This document shows positions 9,154-19,354 of a DNA stretch of 64,000 nucleotides, in pieces. A program made the position numbers and the translations under genes. The stretch is from Usitatibacter rugosus. Lineage in GTDB: Bacteria > Pseudomonadota > Gammaproteobacteria > Burkholderiales > Usitatibacteraceae. The notes under the pieces were generated by a model, which was not told where the DNA came from, made no database searches, and was given only the letters and a program-made list of their open reading frames with translations. Location of the stretch: positions 525,419 to 589,418 of the forward strand of contig NZ_CP053069.1 of the NCBI RefSeq assembly GCF_013003965.1, written 5' to 3'. The first letter of the stretch is position 1. Every line of letters begins with the position of its first letter.

Positions 9154-9504
9154 CTACGGATCGCCGCCGGCGCCGCCACCACTGTCGCCGCCACCGCCTC
9201 CGTCACCACCGCTCGCGCTTCCATCCTGCGCGTGATCGCCGGAGTGATCTCCATCTCCGATTCCCGGACCCGATGCCTGCGACCCGATGGCGATCTCGGC
9301 TGCGATATAGCCGATGAGCCCGCCGAGCCCGACCGATCCCAGCAAGGTGACGAGCGATCGCGTCATCGACCAATCGCTGAAATGCGGCCCGCCGATCATG
9401 GCGGCGGCAAGGCCTCCCACGAACAGCCCGCCCACGAGACCGATGCTGCGGTATCGCTCGACGATGGCGCTCGCTTCCCTGGGAGTGGTGTCGGTGGAGC
9501 TCAT
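9154..9504 (-). CDS. small membrane protein with Gly/Asp-rich C-terminal tail
   Basis: Two hydrophobic helices rich in Gly-zipper motifs. ATG overlaps the stop of the upstream gene (ATGA). Confidence 0.4.
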   Translation of the reverse strand: MSSTDTTPREASAIVERYRSIGLVGGLFVGGLAAAMIGGPHFSDWSMTRSLVTLLGSVGLGGLIGYIAAEIAIGSQASGPGIGDGDHSGDHAQDGSASGGDGGGGGDSGGGAGGDP

Positions 9505-10619
9505 CCTCTTGCCGGTTTCTCGGAGCGGGTCTTGTAGAACTTCAGGATAGCCTCCGCGGTGTCACTGACGAGATAGTCGGCCCAGAGGCCCGCGTACCAG
9601 TTGAAATTCGTCGTGATGCGCGTGCCGACCTTGATGGTGAGGCGTGTACCGCCGGCCTCCGGCGTCAGCGTGTAAGAAGTCTCCTCGAGATCGAAGTACT
9701 TCCCGCCGATGACGATGTGGTCGTCGAGCGAGCCGGGCGGAAATGAGTCCGGCCCGAACTTGTACACCCAGGCCACGCGCCGCTTCGGCTCCCACGCCGT
9801 GATCGTCTCCTCGAACGTCACGCCGCGCTCCCACTTGAGAGTGCGGGTGCCACCGACGCGTCCTTCGATCGTGCGTGCCTCGATCGGATAGGGAACGCCG
9901 ATCCGGTAAGCGAATCCTTCCGAGAGCTCGCTCGGCTGGATGTCGAGCGGGTAGTTGATGTGCTGCCACACGCTCTCGGGCTGCGCGGCGATGTGGACGC
10001 TGCGCGTGATCACCTGGTGCTCGGTGGGGCTCGGAAATTGGGCCTCCAGCGGACCACCTACCAGGGGTATCAGGAGAACTGCCGGAACCAGCTTCGAGCC
10101 GCGGCGCTTGGGCGGGGAGATGAAAGAGCCGACGATCGCGCCGATGATCCCCGCTACGAAGAAGAGCGGCGCGGCCATGACGATGCAGATGGAACCTTCG
10201 CGCAGGACGGCACCCGCCGTGAATACGAAGAGGGCGATGGAAAGGGTGGACAGCGCTCCCGTTCCGGCCACGCCTGCATTCGTGCGGCGCCTGGCGATGA
10301 ACCCCACGAGCACTCCGATGGCCAACGGGACGCCGACCAGGAACGATACGAGCATCAATCCGCTGGCGCTCGCCTCGCGAATCGAAAACACGTCCGCGAA
10401 AGTCTTGTAGGCCGCGACTCCATAGATCGCGCCGAGACCCAGGACGAGGAGGTACACGCCGATCATCATCAGCCCGCCGGCAATGTTCAGCGGCTTGGCG
10501 GTCTCGGGCTTCATGAGCACGGGCCGCCATTGGTCCCGTTCCTTGAAGTCCGCACCGCAGCCAGGACACTTGAACGCGTCCGGCGCGATCTCGCGAGCGC
10601 AGTTCGGGCAATAGGCCAT
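9501..10619 (-). CDS. zinc-ribbon / multi-TM / SRPBCC (polyketide-cyclase-like START/Bet v1 fold) fusion protein
   Basis: N-terminal YCPNCAREI...CPGCGADF, then about four TM helices, then a C-terminal roughly 150-aa SRPBCC-like domain (HIAAQPESVWQHI...WEPKRRVAWVYKF). ATG overlaps the upstream stop (TGATG). Confidence 0.55.
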   Translation of the reverse strand: MAYCPNCAREIAPDAFKCPGCGADFKERDQWRPVLMKPETAKPLNIAGGLMMIGVYLLVLGLGAIYGVAAYKTFADVFSIREASASGLMLVSFLVGVPLAIGVLVGFIARRRTNAGVAGTGALSTLSIALFVFTAGAVLREGSICIVMAAPLFFVAGIIGAIVGSFISPPKRRGSKLVPAVLLIPLVGGPLEAQFPSPTEHQVITRSVHIAAQPESVWQHINYPLDIQPSELSEGFAYRIGVPYPIEARTIEGRVGGTRTLKWERGVTFEETITAWEPKRRVAWVYKFGPDSFPPGSLDDHIVIGGKYFDLEETSYTLTPEAGGTRLTIKVGTRITTNFNWYAGLWADYLVSDTAEAILKFYKTRSEKPARG

Positions 10620-11290
10620 CAGGCCGTGGTCTTCGCGACCATCGCCTCTCTCGCAGCCGCCTCCGCCATGGGATTGAGCGTTGGCTCGCCGACCTTGCGC
10701 AGCGTGTTGCGGTCGGTGTGGTGGAAGGGTTCCGCCTGCCCCGGGATGATCAATATCGTGTCCAGCTCGTAGGACCACGTTCCATCCGGGTTGATCGTGA
10801 CCGTGACGGTGTAGCTGTCCGTTCGGAATGCATATTCGAGAAACGGATTCGACACGATGCCGTTCGTCGTGGACCCGCGCACTGCCTCGAGACGAAACGT
10901 CTTCGCATCCGCGGCCGCATGACCGACGGCCATCGCGACCTGCGCACGCGGGATCGAAAGCGTCTGGGTCACGGTGCCCGTCGCCGGCTCCCAGAGCCAG
11001 TAGCCCACCTGGTCGTGGAACGTCTCGACGTCGTTCGGCTTCACGATGCGCGTGTGATAGCGCAGCCCGTAGAAGAGTTGCGGCCCGTTGGTCTGCGCGT
11101 CGATCGGCTGCAGCTCCATGTGCTCGATGTACGCCTGCTTCTCGGGGCCGTCTTCCTTCGGGTTCACGTCGAGGCCGCGCGAACCGGCCCAGATGCCCGC
11201 CATCTTGGTGAGCGGTCCCAGGTTCGCGAGCGTGTTCGGGTCCGGCTCGGGCTCGGTGTAGATGTCCTTCGGATAGTTTTCCATGGTCAT
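10619..11290 (-). CDS. nitrobindin/THAP4-like haem-binding beta-barrel (DUF1794-like) protein
   Basis: GPLTKMAGIWAGSRG...YGLRYHTRI...VGYWLWEP pattern of the nitrobindin-type lipocalin-like barrel. Start taken at the ATGACC that overlaps the upstream stop (ATGA). Confidence 0.45.
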   Translation of the reverse strand: MTMENYPKDIYTEPEPDPNTLANLGPLTKMAGIWAGSRGLDVNPKEDGPEKQAYIEHMELQPIDAQTNGPQLFYGLRYHTRIVKPNDVETFHDQVGYWLWEPATGTVTQTLSIPRAQVAMAVGHAAADAKTFRLEAVRGSTTNGIVSNPFLEYAFRTDSYTVTVTINPDGTWSYELDTILIIPGQAEPFHHTDRNTLRKVGEPTLNPMAEAAAREAMVAKTTA

Positions 11291-11679
11291 TTCTTCGCCG
11301 TCGAGTTGCACTCGGTCTTTGCGGTGGCCATCAGGGATGGACGTTCTTTCTCCAGCTTCTTGCCGATCTCATTATTCGGCATTCCGGGATTGGCTTCCCG
11401 CATCTCCCTTTCGAACTTGCCGGAGTTCGCGGCCCACCAGGCGAGCTCGCACGCTCTCGTCTGGTCCGCGGCGAGCCGGGCGGGGTCCTCCTTCGTCCTC
11501 ACCAGGACGATGCCCACCACGAACGCGAAGGGAATCAGCGCGGCCAGGAGGTACCAGACCCGCTTGCGACGCCGGCTTTCGTCCCGCTCGAGCTCGTCCA
11601 CCAGCGCGCGCACATTGTGCACGGCCTCTTTTTCGCGGGCACGCAGCGGGTCGGCGGGATCGTTTGGCAGGGTGTTCAT
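11287..11679 (-). CDS. hypothetical single-pass membrane protein
   Basis: 130 aa with one TM helix (VWYLLAALIPFAFVVGIVLV). First gene of a four-gene translationally coupled operon. Confidence 0.4.
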   Translation of the reverse strand: MNTLPNDPADPLRAREKEAVHNVRALVDELERDESRRRKRVWYLLAALIPFAFVVGIVLVRTKEDPARLAADQTRACELAWWAANSGKFEREMREANPGMPNNEIGKKLEKERPSLMATAKTECNSTAKK

Positions 11680-11721
11680 CGTTCAGTCCTTTCTGTTCAT
11701 GACTATTTTGCTCCGTAGCGC

Positions 11722-12177
11722 CTAGGGGTAGGGACTGCCATCCTTGTGCACGAACCGGCCGTCGGAATTGGAGCTCATCAAGTCGATGTCCGAACAGGTG
11801 GTGAGGTCGTCCGGATTCCGCGAGCCCACTTCCAGGTAGAGGGCCACCGCGGAAGAGTTGTTCTTCAAATGATGACCGTTGCCCGTGCCCTTTGGAAAGG
11901 CCGCGCAATCGCCGGCGCGAAGCAGCGTCTCGCCGTTGTCCTCGACGAGCGTGAGCTCGCCTTCGAGCACATAGACGAATTCGTCTTCATGGCTGTGCCA
12001 GTGACGTTGGCTCGACCACCCACCGGGCGGAAGAGTCATCAGATTCACGCCGAAATCGCGAAGGCCGCCGGCGTCGCCCAGGCGGCGGCGAGTGCGATTT
12101 GCGCAAGGTGCATCGAATGGGGCCGGGTAGCCCGAGCCCTTTCGTACCGTAATGTCGGCGAGGTCGATCTTGGGCAT
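11722..12177 (-). CDS. cupin-domain protein
   Basis: Cupin motifs HWHSHEDEFVYVLEG and GDCAAFPKGTGNGHHLKN. Confidence 0.7.
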   Translation of the reverse strand: MPKIDLADITVRKGSGYPAPFDAPCANRTRRRLGDAGGLRDFGVNLMTLPPGGWSSQRHWHSHEDEFVYVLEGELTLVEDNGETLLRAGDCAAFPKGTGNGHHLKNNSSAVALYLEVGSRNPDDLTTCSDIDLMSSNSDGRFVHKDGSPYP

Positions 12178-12180
12178 GGG

Positions 12181-12588
12181 CTAGGGCGTGACGACCTGCT
12201 CGCGGCCGTTCTCGCTCCTCAGCTTCAGGGAGCTCGCTGTGCCCTTGGATTCCAGGATCACGTACGTGTCCTTCGTGCCCGTCGGCCCCGCGAAACTGAG
12301 GCCCGAAGACGGTTCCGACGCGGCGATCTTGACCGAGGGACGCCCGCGCTCGGTGATGAGTCGCAACAGGACGGTCTCGGCTTGCTCGTCACCGTTCGGT
12401 GACTTGGACGCGGGCAGGACCTTGATGCTCGCGCGGACGCGGCCTTCGGCGTCGACGATCTCTAGGCCGCGTGCTCGCAACACGGACGCGTCGCCTTGTG
12501 CGAACGCTGGTCGAAGCTGAAAGGAGATGGTGACGAGGAGCAGGACCAGATTCACGACGGTCAGGGCAAGCAAGGTTGCTCGGTTCAC
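12181..12588 (-). CDS. hypothetical membrane-anchored protein
   Basis: Start taken at GTG with a perfect AGGAGG 5 nt upstream. N-terminal TM helix ATLLALTVVNLVLLLVTISF. Confidence 0.45.
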   Translation of the reverse strand: MNRATLLALTVVNLVLLLVTISFQLRPAFAQGDASVLRARGLEIVDAEGRVRASIKVLPASKSPNGDEQAETVLLRLITERGRPSVKIAASEPSSGLSFAGPTGTKDTYVILESKGTASSLKLRSENGREQVVTP

Positions 12589-12631
12589 GACGACCTCCTC
12601 TTGTTCAGCGGCTAGCGGCTGTGCACACCCA

Positions 12632-13138
12632 TCAATTGCAGGATTGCTTCGCAAGCTCCTCGCCCAGCACGCGCCCGGAGGCTTCGGTGATCGGGGGCTT
12701 CTTCGTGGCATAGGCCCACCGGCAGATTCCGCGCGGCGCGCGCTGCATCAGCGAGTACTCGGCTTGGGGTGGATCCTTGGCACAACCTCCATGGGCCCAC
12801 GCATAGAGCACCGCGACCTCGGTCTGCCGCACGATCTTCCAGGTGAAGTCCTTGCAGTCGGGGCCGAAGCCGCGCCGCACCGCCTGGACGAGGCGATCGA
12901 GCGGAACGCGGGCCGCCGGATCCACGAAGAGTTGGCGCGTGACCAGCTCGCTCCAGTTGTGGACCGTTTCGCCGGGAAGGACGTATTCGTCCAGCTCCTG
13001 CTGCACGGTCTTCGCGGTGTATCCCGACTCCCACTTCTTCGAGAGGAGCTGGATTCCATCCGCGGCCCAGAGACCGGTGGCCATCGAGAGCAATCCCAGG
13101 GCGTACGCGCAGTTGAGCAACACTCTCTGCGAACTCAT
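12632..13138 (-). CDS. secreted hypothetical protein
   Basis: Signal peptide [25 protein letters not shown]. No known domain. Confidence 0.45.
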   Translation of the reverse strand: MSSQRVLLNCAYALGLLSMATGLWAADGIQLLSKKWESGYTAKTVQQELDEYVLPGETVHNWSELVTRQLFVDPAARVPLDRLVQAVRRGFGPDCKDFTWKIVRQTEVAVLYAWAHGGCAKDPPQAEYSLMQRAPRGICRWAYATKKPPITEASGRVLGEELAKQSCN

Positions 13139-13485
13139 CGAAGGACCTTCTCCATGGATTTGCCCTTGGCGAGCTCATCCACGAGCTTGTCCATCTGTCG
13201 AATTCGTTGCATCAGCGGATCCTCGATGTCCTCCACGCGAATGCCGCAGATCAGGCCCTTGATGAGCGAGCTGTTCGGATTCATCGCCGGCGCCTGGGCA
13301 AAGAAGGTCTCGAAGTCGACCTTCTTCTTGATCTGACCTTGCAGGGCGGACTGGCTATAGCCCGTGAGCCAACAGATGACGCGGTCGACTTCTTCCTTCG
13401 TGCGGCCCTTGCGCTCGGCCTTCTGGACGTAAAGGGGGTACACGGTCGCGAAGGGCATGGTGAAGATTCGATGTCCCGGCATCAC
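13135..13485 (-). CDS. DUF2200-like protein
   Basis: 116 aa. Motif [38 protein letters not shown] closely resembles the DUF2200 family consensus as recalled. Confidence 0.5.
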   Translation of the reverse strand: MMPGHRIFTMPFATVYPLYVQKAERKGRTKEEVDRVICWLTGYSQSALQGQIKKKVDFETFFAQAPAMNPNSSLIKGLICGIRVEDIEDPLMQRIRQMDKLVDELAKGKSMEKVLR

Positions 13486-14000
13486 GTCACCTGTTGATCT
13501 TCAATGCCGGCCCACCTGAGGGCCTCCGCGCGTTCGCCAAAGGTGAGGTATTGCGTGATCTTTCCGTTGCGAAACACGAAGCCATCGGCGAATCGTCCGT
13601 CTACCCAGTCAGTCGAGTCCTTCAAGCGAACCCGGACGTGGAGGTACACGACAAGTTTGTCTCCGTTCGCCAGGAATTTCTCGGGCTCGCAGGTTCCTTC
13701 GGCCCAGGTCCCGCGTCCTTTCGTGACGTGCTCTTGGACTTCCGCGATACCCCGATAGGTGCCGGCCGTTGGGAAGCCCTCGGGCTCGACGCGCACGATC
13801 TGCGGGTCGAGGTCCTTGGTTATCGTCTGCATGTCGTTGCGGTTGATTGCGGCGAAGAACTGTTTCAGGGCTTCAACTTCCGTGCTTATGCGACCTGGCG
13901 GAGGCGACTCGCGCTGTGCATCAGGATGGTTCGCTTGTCCTGGGTTGCGTTGGTTGAACTGGTCGTTGAGCCACTTGTCCTTCCAGAAGTCGTTGGACAT
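13482..14000 (-). CDS. NTF2-like (SnoaL/ketosteroid-isomerase-like) protein
   Basis: Internal ATG ([10 protein letters not shown]) chosen. [14 protein letters not shown]...GKITQYLTF pattern of the SnoaL-like fold. Confidence 0.55.
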   Translation of the reverse strand: MSNDFWKDKWLNDQFNQRNPGQANHPDAQRESPPPGRISTEVEALKQFFAAINRNDMQTITKDLDPQIVRVEPEGFPTAGTYRGIAEVQEHVTKGRGTWAEGTCEPEKFLANGDKLVVYLHVRVRLKDSTDWVDGRFADGFVFRNGKITQYLTFGERAEALRWAGIEDQQVT

Positions 14001-14017
14001 TGTCCTACCCGCGAAAC

Positions 14018-14401
14018 CTAGAATGTGGTGACAAGGTCGTAGCTGTCGCTCTTCTGCTTCGCCTTCGTGAACGTCCACCCCTTGATCTTGTTGGACAGGC
14101 ACGTGCCGAAGGCCGAGCTCTGGAGCTTGGTATCCACGATCGTGATATCGGTCGTGGTGCCGTCGGTGTTCACCTTGAATCGCGCTGCCATGTTGCCGCT
14201 CACCTTCGGCTCCTTCTTCTTGGCCTCGTCCTTGCACTTGTCGATGTCGCCTTTCTTGAACACCATTTCCTTGGAGATGTCGCTCTTGGAGAGCTTCTCG
14301 ACTTCCTTGGTCTTGGTGACGCCCGGGATGCTCATCTGGGCGTAGGCGGGGACGGCGAAGGCGGCTGCGACTGCAAGCACTGCGAGTTTGGTAGTGGTCA
14401 T
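14018..14401 (-). CDS. secreted Lys-rich hypothetical protein
   Basis: Signal peptide MTTTKLAVLAVAAAFAVPAYA. Lower GC than its surroundings. Confidence 0.45.
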   Translation of the reverse strand: MTTTKLAVLAVAAAFAVPAYAQMSIPGVTKTKEVEKLSKSDISKEMVFKKGDIDKCKDEAKKKEPKVSGNMAARFKVNTDGTTTDITIVDTKLQSSAFGTCLSNKIKGWTFTKAKQKSDSYDLVTTF

Positions 14402-14518
14402 GAAAAGCTCCCTGGAGAATTGGAAAGCCGCCTCTGGAGGACGGTTCGTCGCAATGCTACCTCCGTGCCGGAAATTGCGCCGACGCGCCGGTCGCGCGCT
14501 CGAACCCGTAGCGGGGCC

Positions 14519-14905
14519 TCAGTGATATGAGCCTGGTAGCGATTTGAGAAGCCGCTGGTCATCGACTTTGACCGCGATCCCGCTGACGTATGCGGCAGAC
14601 CACGAGAAGGCGGTCACCCGCCGCCCCCCTTTTGCATTTACAACTGCGTTTGCACCGATCTTCTTGGCCTCGGCAGCCAACAGGGGATACAAGCTCACTG
14701 CGCTATCGTAGCCAGCTCGCGCGTCGGCTTGTACGGACCCGAGCACTTTGTATTCGATGCCAGCGGGAATTGCGGACTGCGTCACCAGGATCGGCCCTTC
14801 CCACACGGGCCCTCCAGGCGCAAGGGCGGTGGACGAAGACGTCGTCGAGCAGCCCGTGACCACGAGTAGCAGGGAAACCACGATACCGGCAGTCTTTGCG
14901 CTCAT
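14519..14905 (-). CDS. lipoprotein, possibly YbjQ/UPF0145-like
   Basis: AGGAG SD, then ATG. Lipobox LVVTGC. C-terminal KKIGANAVVNAKGG resembles YbjQ-family proteins (weak). Confidence 0.45.
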   Translation of the reverse strand: MSAKTAGIVVSLLLVVTGCSTTSSSTALAPGGPVWEGPILVTQSAIPAGIEYKVLGSVQADARAGYDSAVSLYPLLAAEAKKIGANAVVNAKGGRRVTAFSWSAAYVSGIAVKVDDQRLLKSLPGSYH

Positions 14906-14936
14906 TCGAGGCTCCTGTGAGGGTGAGTGACCTGGT

Positions 14937-15464
14937 TCATTTTGCGCTGATGTTGGCCTTGTCCCAGTCCTTGAACCAGGGCTTGAGGTCGTCCTGCGAC
15001 ATGGACACCTTCGACACGTGCACTTCGACGCAGTGGGTTCCAGCCGCCGCCGACACAAGATGCGCATGCAGGAGAACGGCTCCACTCGCGGGTGCCGCGT
15101 AGATGGCGATGAAGGTCTGAGCGTTGATGCGGGCCTTGTAGATCTGCGCCTGCGGTGGCACGCCGGGTCTTTTCGAAAGCGCTCCTATGGTCGAGCTGGC
15201 GCATTCGAGCGCGCTCATTCCGGCGTCGGCGGTCGGCATCAGGACGGATACGGTGTACGACCCTTCGGATCCCAGCAACCTCGCGTGAGGCTGCGTCGCG
15301 CTCATGGGATGACGCTCCATCTTCATCGCGGGAACGTTCGGCACGGTGATGGTGACGTCGGGGGACGAAACGTCGATGACCAGCTCACCCGCTCCGCAGA
15401 GTGGCGCGAACAGTGTGGCGATCGCGAGCGTTGCGAGCTTCACCAGGGTCATGCGAGTCTCCAT
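14937..15464 (-). CDS. secreted hypothetical protein
   Basis: Signal peptide MTLVKLATLAIATLFAPLCGA. No domain. Confidence 0.4.
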   Translation of the reverse strand: METRMTLVKLATLAIATLFAPLCGAGELVIDVSSPDVTITVPNVPAMKMERHPMSATQPHARLLGSEGSYTVSVLMPTADAGMSALECASSTIGALSKRPGVPPQAQIYKARINAQTFIAIYAAPASGAVLLHAHLVSAAAGTHCVEVHVSKVSMSQDDLKPWFKDWDKANISAK

Positions 15465-15536
15465 GGAGTTCGAGGTGAACCTACGTCAAGGCGAGGAACA
15501 ACGACGTCTTTCGGCGCTACCCGGAGCCGGGAAATT

Positions 15537-15563
15537 GAATAAAGTGGTCTGACCCCTTTATTC
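15537..15563. repeat. single copy of the palindromic unit (GAATAAAGTGGTCTGACCCCTTTATTC)
   Basis: Same 25-bp unit as at 4210-4271. Lies in a divergent intergenic region. Confidence 0.8.
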
Positions 15564-15590
15564 ACGCCGGTACGCCCCCATGTCCCCCGG

Positions 15591-16682
15591 ATGATGACCG
15601 TCGTCCTCGCGTTCCTGCACGTCTATATCGGCCTGCGCCTCCTGGCCCCTTTCCCGCTTCCCGTGCAGATCGCCGGCTGGGCTGTCCTGGCGGCCGTCCT
15701 CTGGTTCCTGCCCCGGGGCTTTCGCTTCCGCGGCGACAGCCCGTGGCGGATCTTCCTGCCCTGGGTGATGACGGGCGTCTTTTCGTCGTTGCTGGTGCTC
15801 ACCTTTGTGCGCGACTTCGCGCTGATCGGCCTCGCCATCGCCAACGCCCGCCTGCACGACGCGTGGGTGCAGCCCTCGGCCATCCTCGTCGCGGCACTCG
15901 TTCCGGTGGTCACGCTGATCGGCTATGCCATGGCGCGTCGGACAGCCCGCGTGACGGACGTGAAGGTGCCGATCGCCAACCTCCCCGCGGCGCTCGAGGG
16001 CTTCACCATCGCGCAGATCAGCGACATCCACGTCGGGCCGACGATCAAGAAACCCTACGTCGATGCGATCGTCGACCGCGTGAACGGCCTCAAGGCCGAC
16101 ATGGTGGCGATCACCGGGGATCTCGTGGACGGCAGCGTCGGCGAGCTCGCGAAAGACACCGCCCCGCTCGGCCGCCTCGCATCGCGCCACGGCACGTACG
16201 TCGTCACCGGCAATCACGAGTACTACTCTGGAGCGCGCGCTTGGGTCGCGGAGCTGCGAAGGCTCGGCGCGCAGGTGCTGATGAACGAGCACGTGGTTCT
16301 GGAGCATGACGGTGCCCAGGTCACCGTGGCCGGCGTCACCGACTACTCCGCGCATCACTTCGATGCCACGCAGAAGAGCGATGCCGTCGCCGCGTTGGAC
16401 GGCGCACCGGAAGGCGCGCCGAAGGTGCTGCTCGCCCACCAACCGCGCTCGGCTGCCAATGCCGCGCAAGCCGGTGCCGATCTGCAACTGTCGGGCCACA
16501 CGCATGGGGGTCAGTTCTGGCCTTGGAATCTCTTCGTGCGCCTGCAGCAGCCGTTCACCGCGGGCCTGCACAAGCTCGGCAAGATGTGGGTGTACATCAA
16601 TCGGGGCACGGGCTACTGGGGGCCGCCGAATCGATTCGGCATTCCTTCGGAGATCACGCGCATCCGCCTCGTCCGCGCCTAG
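15591..16682 (+). CDS. membrane-anchored metallophosphoesterase (calcineurin-like)
   Basis: N-terminal TM helices. Motifs DIHVGP, GDLVDG, GNHEY, SGHTHGGQ. Confidence 0.8.
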   Translation: MMTVVLAFLHVYIGLRLLAPFPLPVQIAGWAVLAAVLWFLPRGFRFRGDSPWRIFLPWVMTGVFSSLLVLTFVRDFALIGLAIANARLHDAWVQPSAILVAALVPVVTLIGYAMARRTARVTDVKVPIANLPAALEGFTIAQISDIHVGPTIKKPYVDAIVDRVNGLKADMVAITGDLVDGSVGELAKDTAPLGRLASRHGTYVVTGNHEYYSGARAWVAELRRLGAQVLMNEHVVLEHDGAQVTVAGVTDYSAHHFDATQKSDAVAALDGAPEGAPKVLLAHQPRSAANAAQAGADLQLSGHTHGGQFWPWNLFVRLQQPFTAGLHKLGKMWVYINRGTGYWGPPNRFGIPSEITRIRLVRA

Positions 16683-17827
16683 AGCGGGAAGCCGGGGTCG
16701 GGCCACGTGCCCGGAGGCGCCACGCCCGCTTGCACGTATTTGCGCATCCCCGCATCGGTGAGCGCATAGCCCCAGTTGATGAGCTGACCCTGCTCCTTCG
16801 CCGAGAACTCGTTCAGTCGCGTGCGGATGTGCTGCAGCGCTCCTGAGGCGGCAGAGTCATGTGTCATCGGCGAGCCGGCCTGGTAGTTGTCGATCCGCGT
16901 CGTAATGCCCCAGTAGGTCCCCTTCTTCGTCGCGGGCCTCGTCGGGTTCTCGAGACCTTCCTCCTGCGTCTGCTTGAACTCCTGCATGAGCCACCGCTTG
17001 CGAAGCGCTCGAGTCTGGTCACTCACGATGTCGAGGACGCGGATCGCCTGGCGCGTCCAGTCCGTATGCGGTTCGGCTTCGGCATCGAGTGGCGCACCGG
17101 CATCGGAGACCAGCACCGTCGAGCAGCGCTTCCAGATCGCCTCCAGCCCCATGTTGTCGTAGACGCCGCCGTCCGTGAGCATGAGGCACTCCTTGAGGTC
17201 GTCTCGGCTGCCGAGCTTCGCGTTCGGGAACACCGTCCAGTCCGAAGGCTTGAACTCCAGCTCCACGGGTGAGAGCACCGGCGGAAACGCACTCGATGCC
17301 GCGACCACGCGCGCGACAGGGATGTACGGATTCTGGATCTCGCCGATCTTGTAGTCCGCGATCCGCTTCCTCTCCATGCGCACCGACGATCCGGTCTGCA
17401 GGCTCGTCGCGTAGAAGATGAAGCGCGGTGTCTTCCCCTTCTCGAACTCGGGGATCGACGCGAGCTTCGCGCCGTGGAAAAGACTCTCGTCGTATTTCTC
17501 GGTCACCTTGTCGGAGATCGTGCTGAAGACCGAGAGGAACCCCTCGATACCGGCAAAGACGTCGAGGGTCGTGCTCGCCATCTCACGCACGGGCTTGGCG
17601 ATCACAGGTGCGAAGTTCGTCGCCACGCCGCTGCTCGACCACTGAAGGTCCTTCCAGCGCGTCGCAAGCACGCCGTTCAGGATGGACCCGCCCGAGACGC
17701 TCGTGATGACGTCGATCTTTCGCAGCCAGCCGAGCTCGTTCAGGCGCCAGAGGCTGCCCAGGCTGAAGAGCATCGCGCGGTAGCCGCCGCCGGAGAGGGC
17801 GAGGCCGGTGTCGAGTGGGTCGGGCAT
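16679..17827 (-). CDS. patatin-like phospholipase
   Basis: Oxyanion-hole motif LSGGGYRAML. Ser motif ITSVSGGS. Catalytic Asp region LTDGGVYDNMG. Last gene of a three-gene operon. Confidence 0.8.
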   Translation of the reverse strand: MPDPLDTGLALSGGGYRAMLFSLGSLWRLNELGWLRKIDVITSVSGGSILNGVLATRWKDLQWSSSGVATNFAPVIAKPVREMASTTLDVFAGIEGFLSVFSTISDKVTEKYDESLFHGAKLASIPEFEKGKTPRFIFYATSLQTGSSVRMERKRIADYKIGEIQNPYIPVARVVAASSAFPPVLSPVELEFKPSDWTVFPNAKLGSRDDLKECLMLTDGGVYDNMGLEAIWKRCSTVLVSDAGAPLDAEAEPHTDWTRQAIRVLDIVSDQTRALRKRWLMQEFKQTQEEGLENPTRPATKKGTYWGITTRIDNYQAGSPMTHDSAASGALQHIRTRLNEFSAKEQGQLINWGYALTDAGMRKYVQAGVAPPGTWPDPGFPL

Positions 17828-17846
17828 GGGTGTATCTCCTCGGCGC

Positions 17847-19346
17847 TCAGCGCAGGAAGTAGTCGATGTATCCCGGGGTCGCGATCACCCCGGCCTGCAG
17901 GGCCTCGGCGCTCGGTTGCTCGTTCACGTCAGAGATGACGACGCGCTCTTTCGTCTTCGCCCGCAATGCGTTGAAGAGCGGCGTGGCGGGCATGTCCCAG
18001 CCCGTCTTGCCTTGCTTGCTGGCAGTCGCTTTGTCCAGGGGGATGAAGGCGACGAGGTTGTCCTTCGTCATGAGCTCGAGGCCGCCAGCCTTCAGCGTCG
18101 CGTTGTGGCTGCAGTGGTGCCCGACCTTGTAGAAGACCGTCCGGCCGAGCAGCTCGTGGGCCGGGCAGGGCGTCGTGCGATTCGGAACCTGGAAATTGAC
18201 GGTCGCCCACGATTGCCAGTTGCCTACTTGGGCATCGGCCGGGAAGAGCAGGATGTCACGCGTCTGGATGCATTCGATGGCGAGCACGAGACTCGTGTTG
18301 TTGGTGTCGTTGTCGAGGTCCAGGGCGAGCTGCCCGAAGGCGCTCAGCCAGTCCTCGTCGATTCGGCGCCATGCTTCGCTGGGCTTGTCGTAGGTCGCGT
18401 CGACGAACGGCTGGATCTCCGCGAAGTACGTCCTGGACTGGCCGGCCACCGGCCGCGCGATGCGATGCTCGGCGGCAAAGGGATGGCAGAGCTCGTCTCC
18501 TTCCCCTCCCGGCGCGACCGCGGCGCCCAGCGAGTCGAGGCCGGCCGTGCCCATGCGCGAGAGGTGGTAGATCACGTCGTCCTTCTTCATCTGCTGCGTG
18601 ATCGCACTGGTCTTGAGGAAGCGCGGGTCGCGCGGCGGCCCGAGCACGTAGAACCGGAATCCGGGCAGCTCCTTCTCGACGAACGGCTCACTACCCGGTT
18701 CGAGGAAGCGCAGGTCCTGCGCCTCCTTGCCGCGTAGCTTGAGGTACGCCACGGCGTCGGCGACCTTCTTCCCCTCGATGGAGTCGTCGTCGTTCGTGAA
18801 GCCAAGCAGCTCCGACACGCCGGCAAGAGGTGCGGCTCCGGCGAAGGAGCTGGAGAGGGCCATCTCGAGCTTCGCCTTGGCGACCTTCTTCGCCTCCTTC
18901 AGTTTCCGGGCGTCGGCTTGGGAGAGGTTCTCCGCCCAGCTCATCCACACGGCGCCGAAGTCGATGTCGTCGTTGAAGACCTTCCGCGCCTGGTTGAAGC
19001 CCGAGAGGTGATCCTTGTGCTCGTGTGTGCCGACCACGACGTCGAGGCGTGCGCGGTCCTGGCCGTCCTTCGCAGTGTCGCGGATGTGCTCGACCACGGC
19101 GGTCATCGCCTTCGCGTCGCGTGCGAGCGCCCCGCAGTCGATCAGCATCTGGAAGGGCACCCTGCCCGGGCGCGGGAACGTGAGCAGGAAGCAGTCGCCC
19201 AGCCCGTGCCGGTACATGCGCACGCGTGCACGGTAGCTTTGAGGCGTGCCGGGTGCCTTGATCGGACCCAGCGAGCCCGCCGGTGCTGCCAGCTTCTTCT
19301 TGGTGGTGATGCGCTTCTTCGAGGTGGGCTTCCGCTGGGTGGCCAT
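17847..19346 (-). CDS. MBL-fold metallo-hydrolase with a Lys-rich N-terminus
   Basis: HxHxDH motif (GTHEHKDHLSG) and downstream YKVGHHCSHN. N-terminus MATQRKPTSKKRITTKKK is basic. Start 8 nt after the stop of the upstream gene. Confidence 0.75.
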   Translation of the reverse strand: MATQRKPTSKKRITTKKKLAAPAGSLGPIKAPGTPQSYRARVRMYRHGLGDCFLLTFPRPGRVPFQMLIDCGALARDAKAMTAVVEHIRDTAKDGQDRARLDVVVGTHEHKDHLSGFNQARKVFNDDIDFGAVWMSWAENLSQADARKLKEAKKVAKAKLEMALSSSFAGAAPLAGVSELLGFTNDDDSIEGKKVADAVAYLKLRGKEAQDLRFLEPGSEPFVEKELPGFRFYVLGPPRDPRFLKTSAITQQMKKDDVIYHLSRMGTAGLDSLGAAVAPGGEGDELCHPFAAEHRIARPVAGQSRTYFAEIQPFVDATYDKPSEAWRRIDEDWLSAFGQLALDLDNDTNNTSLVLAIECIQTRDILLFPADAQVGNWQSWATVNFQVPNRTTPCPAHELLGRTVFYKVGHHCSHNATLKAGGLELMTKDNLVAFIPLDKATASKQGKTGWDMPATPLFNALRAKTKERVVISDVNEQPSAEALQAGVIATPGYIDYFLR

Positions 19347-19354
19347 GGTCGTCC

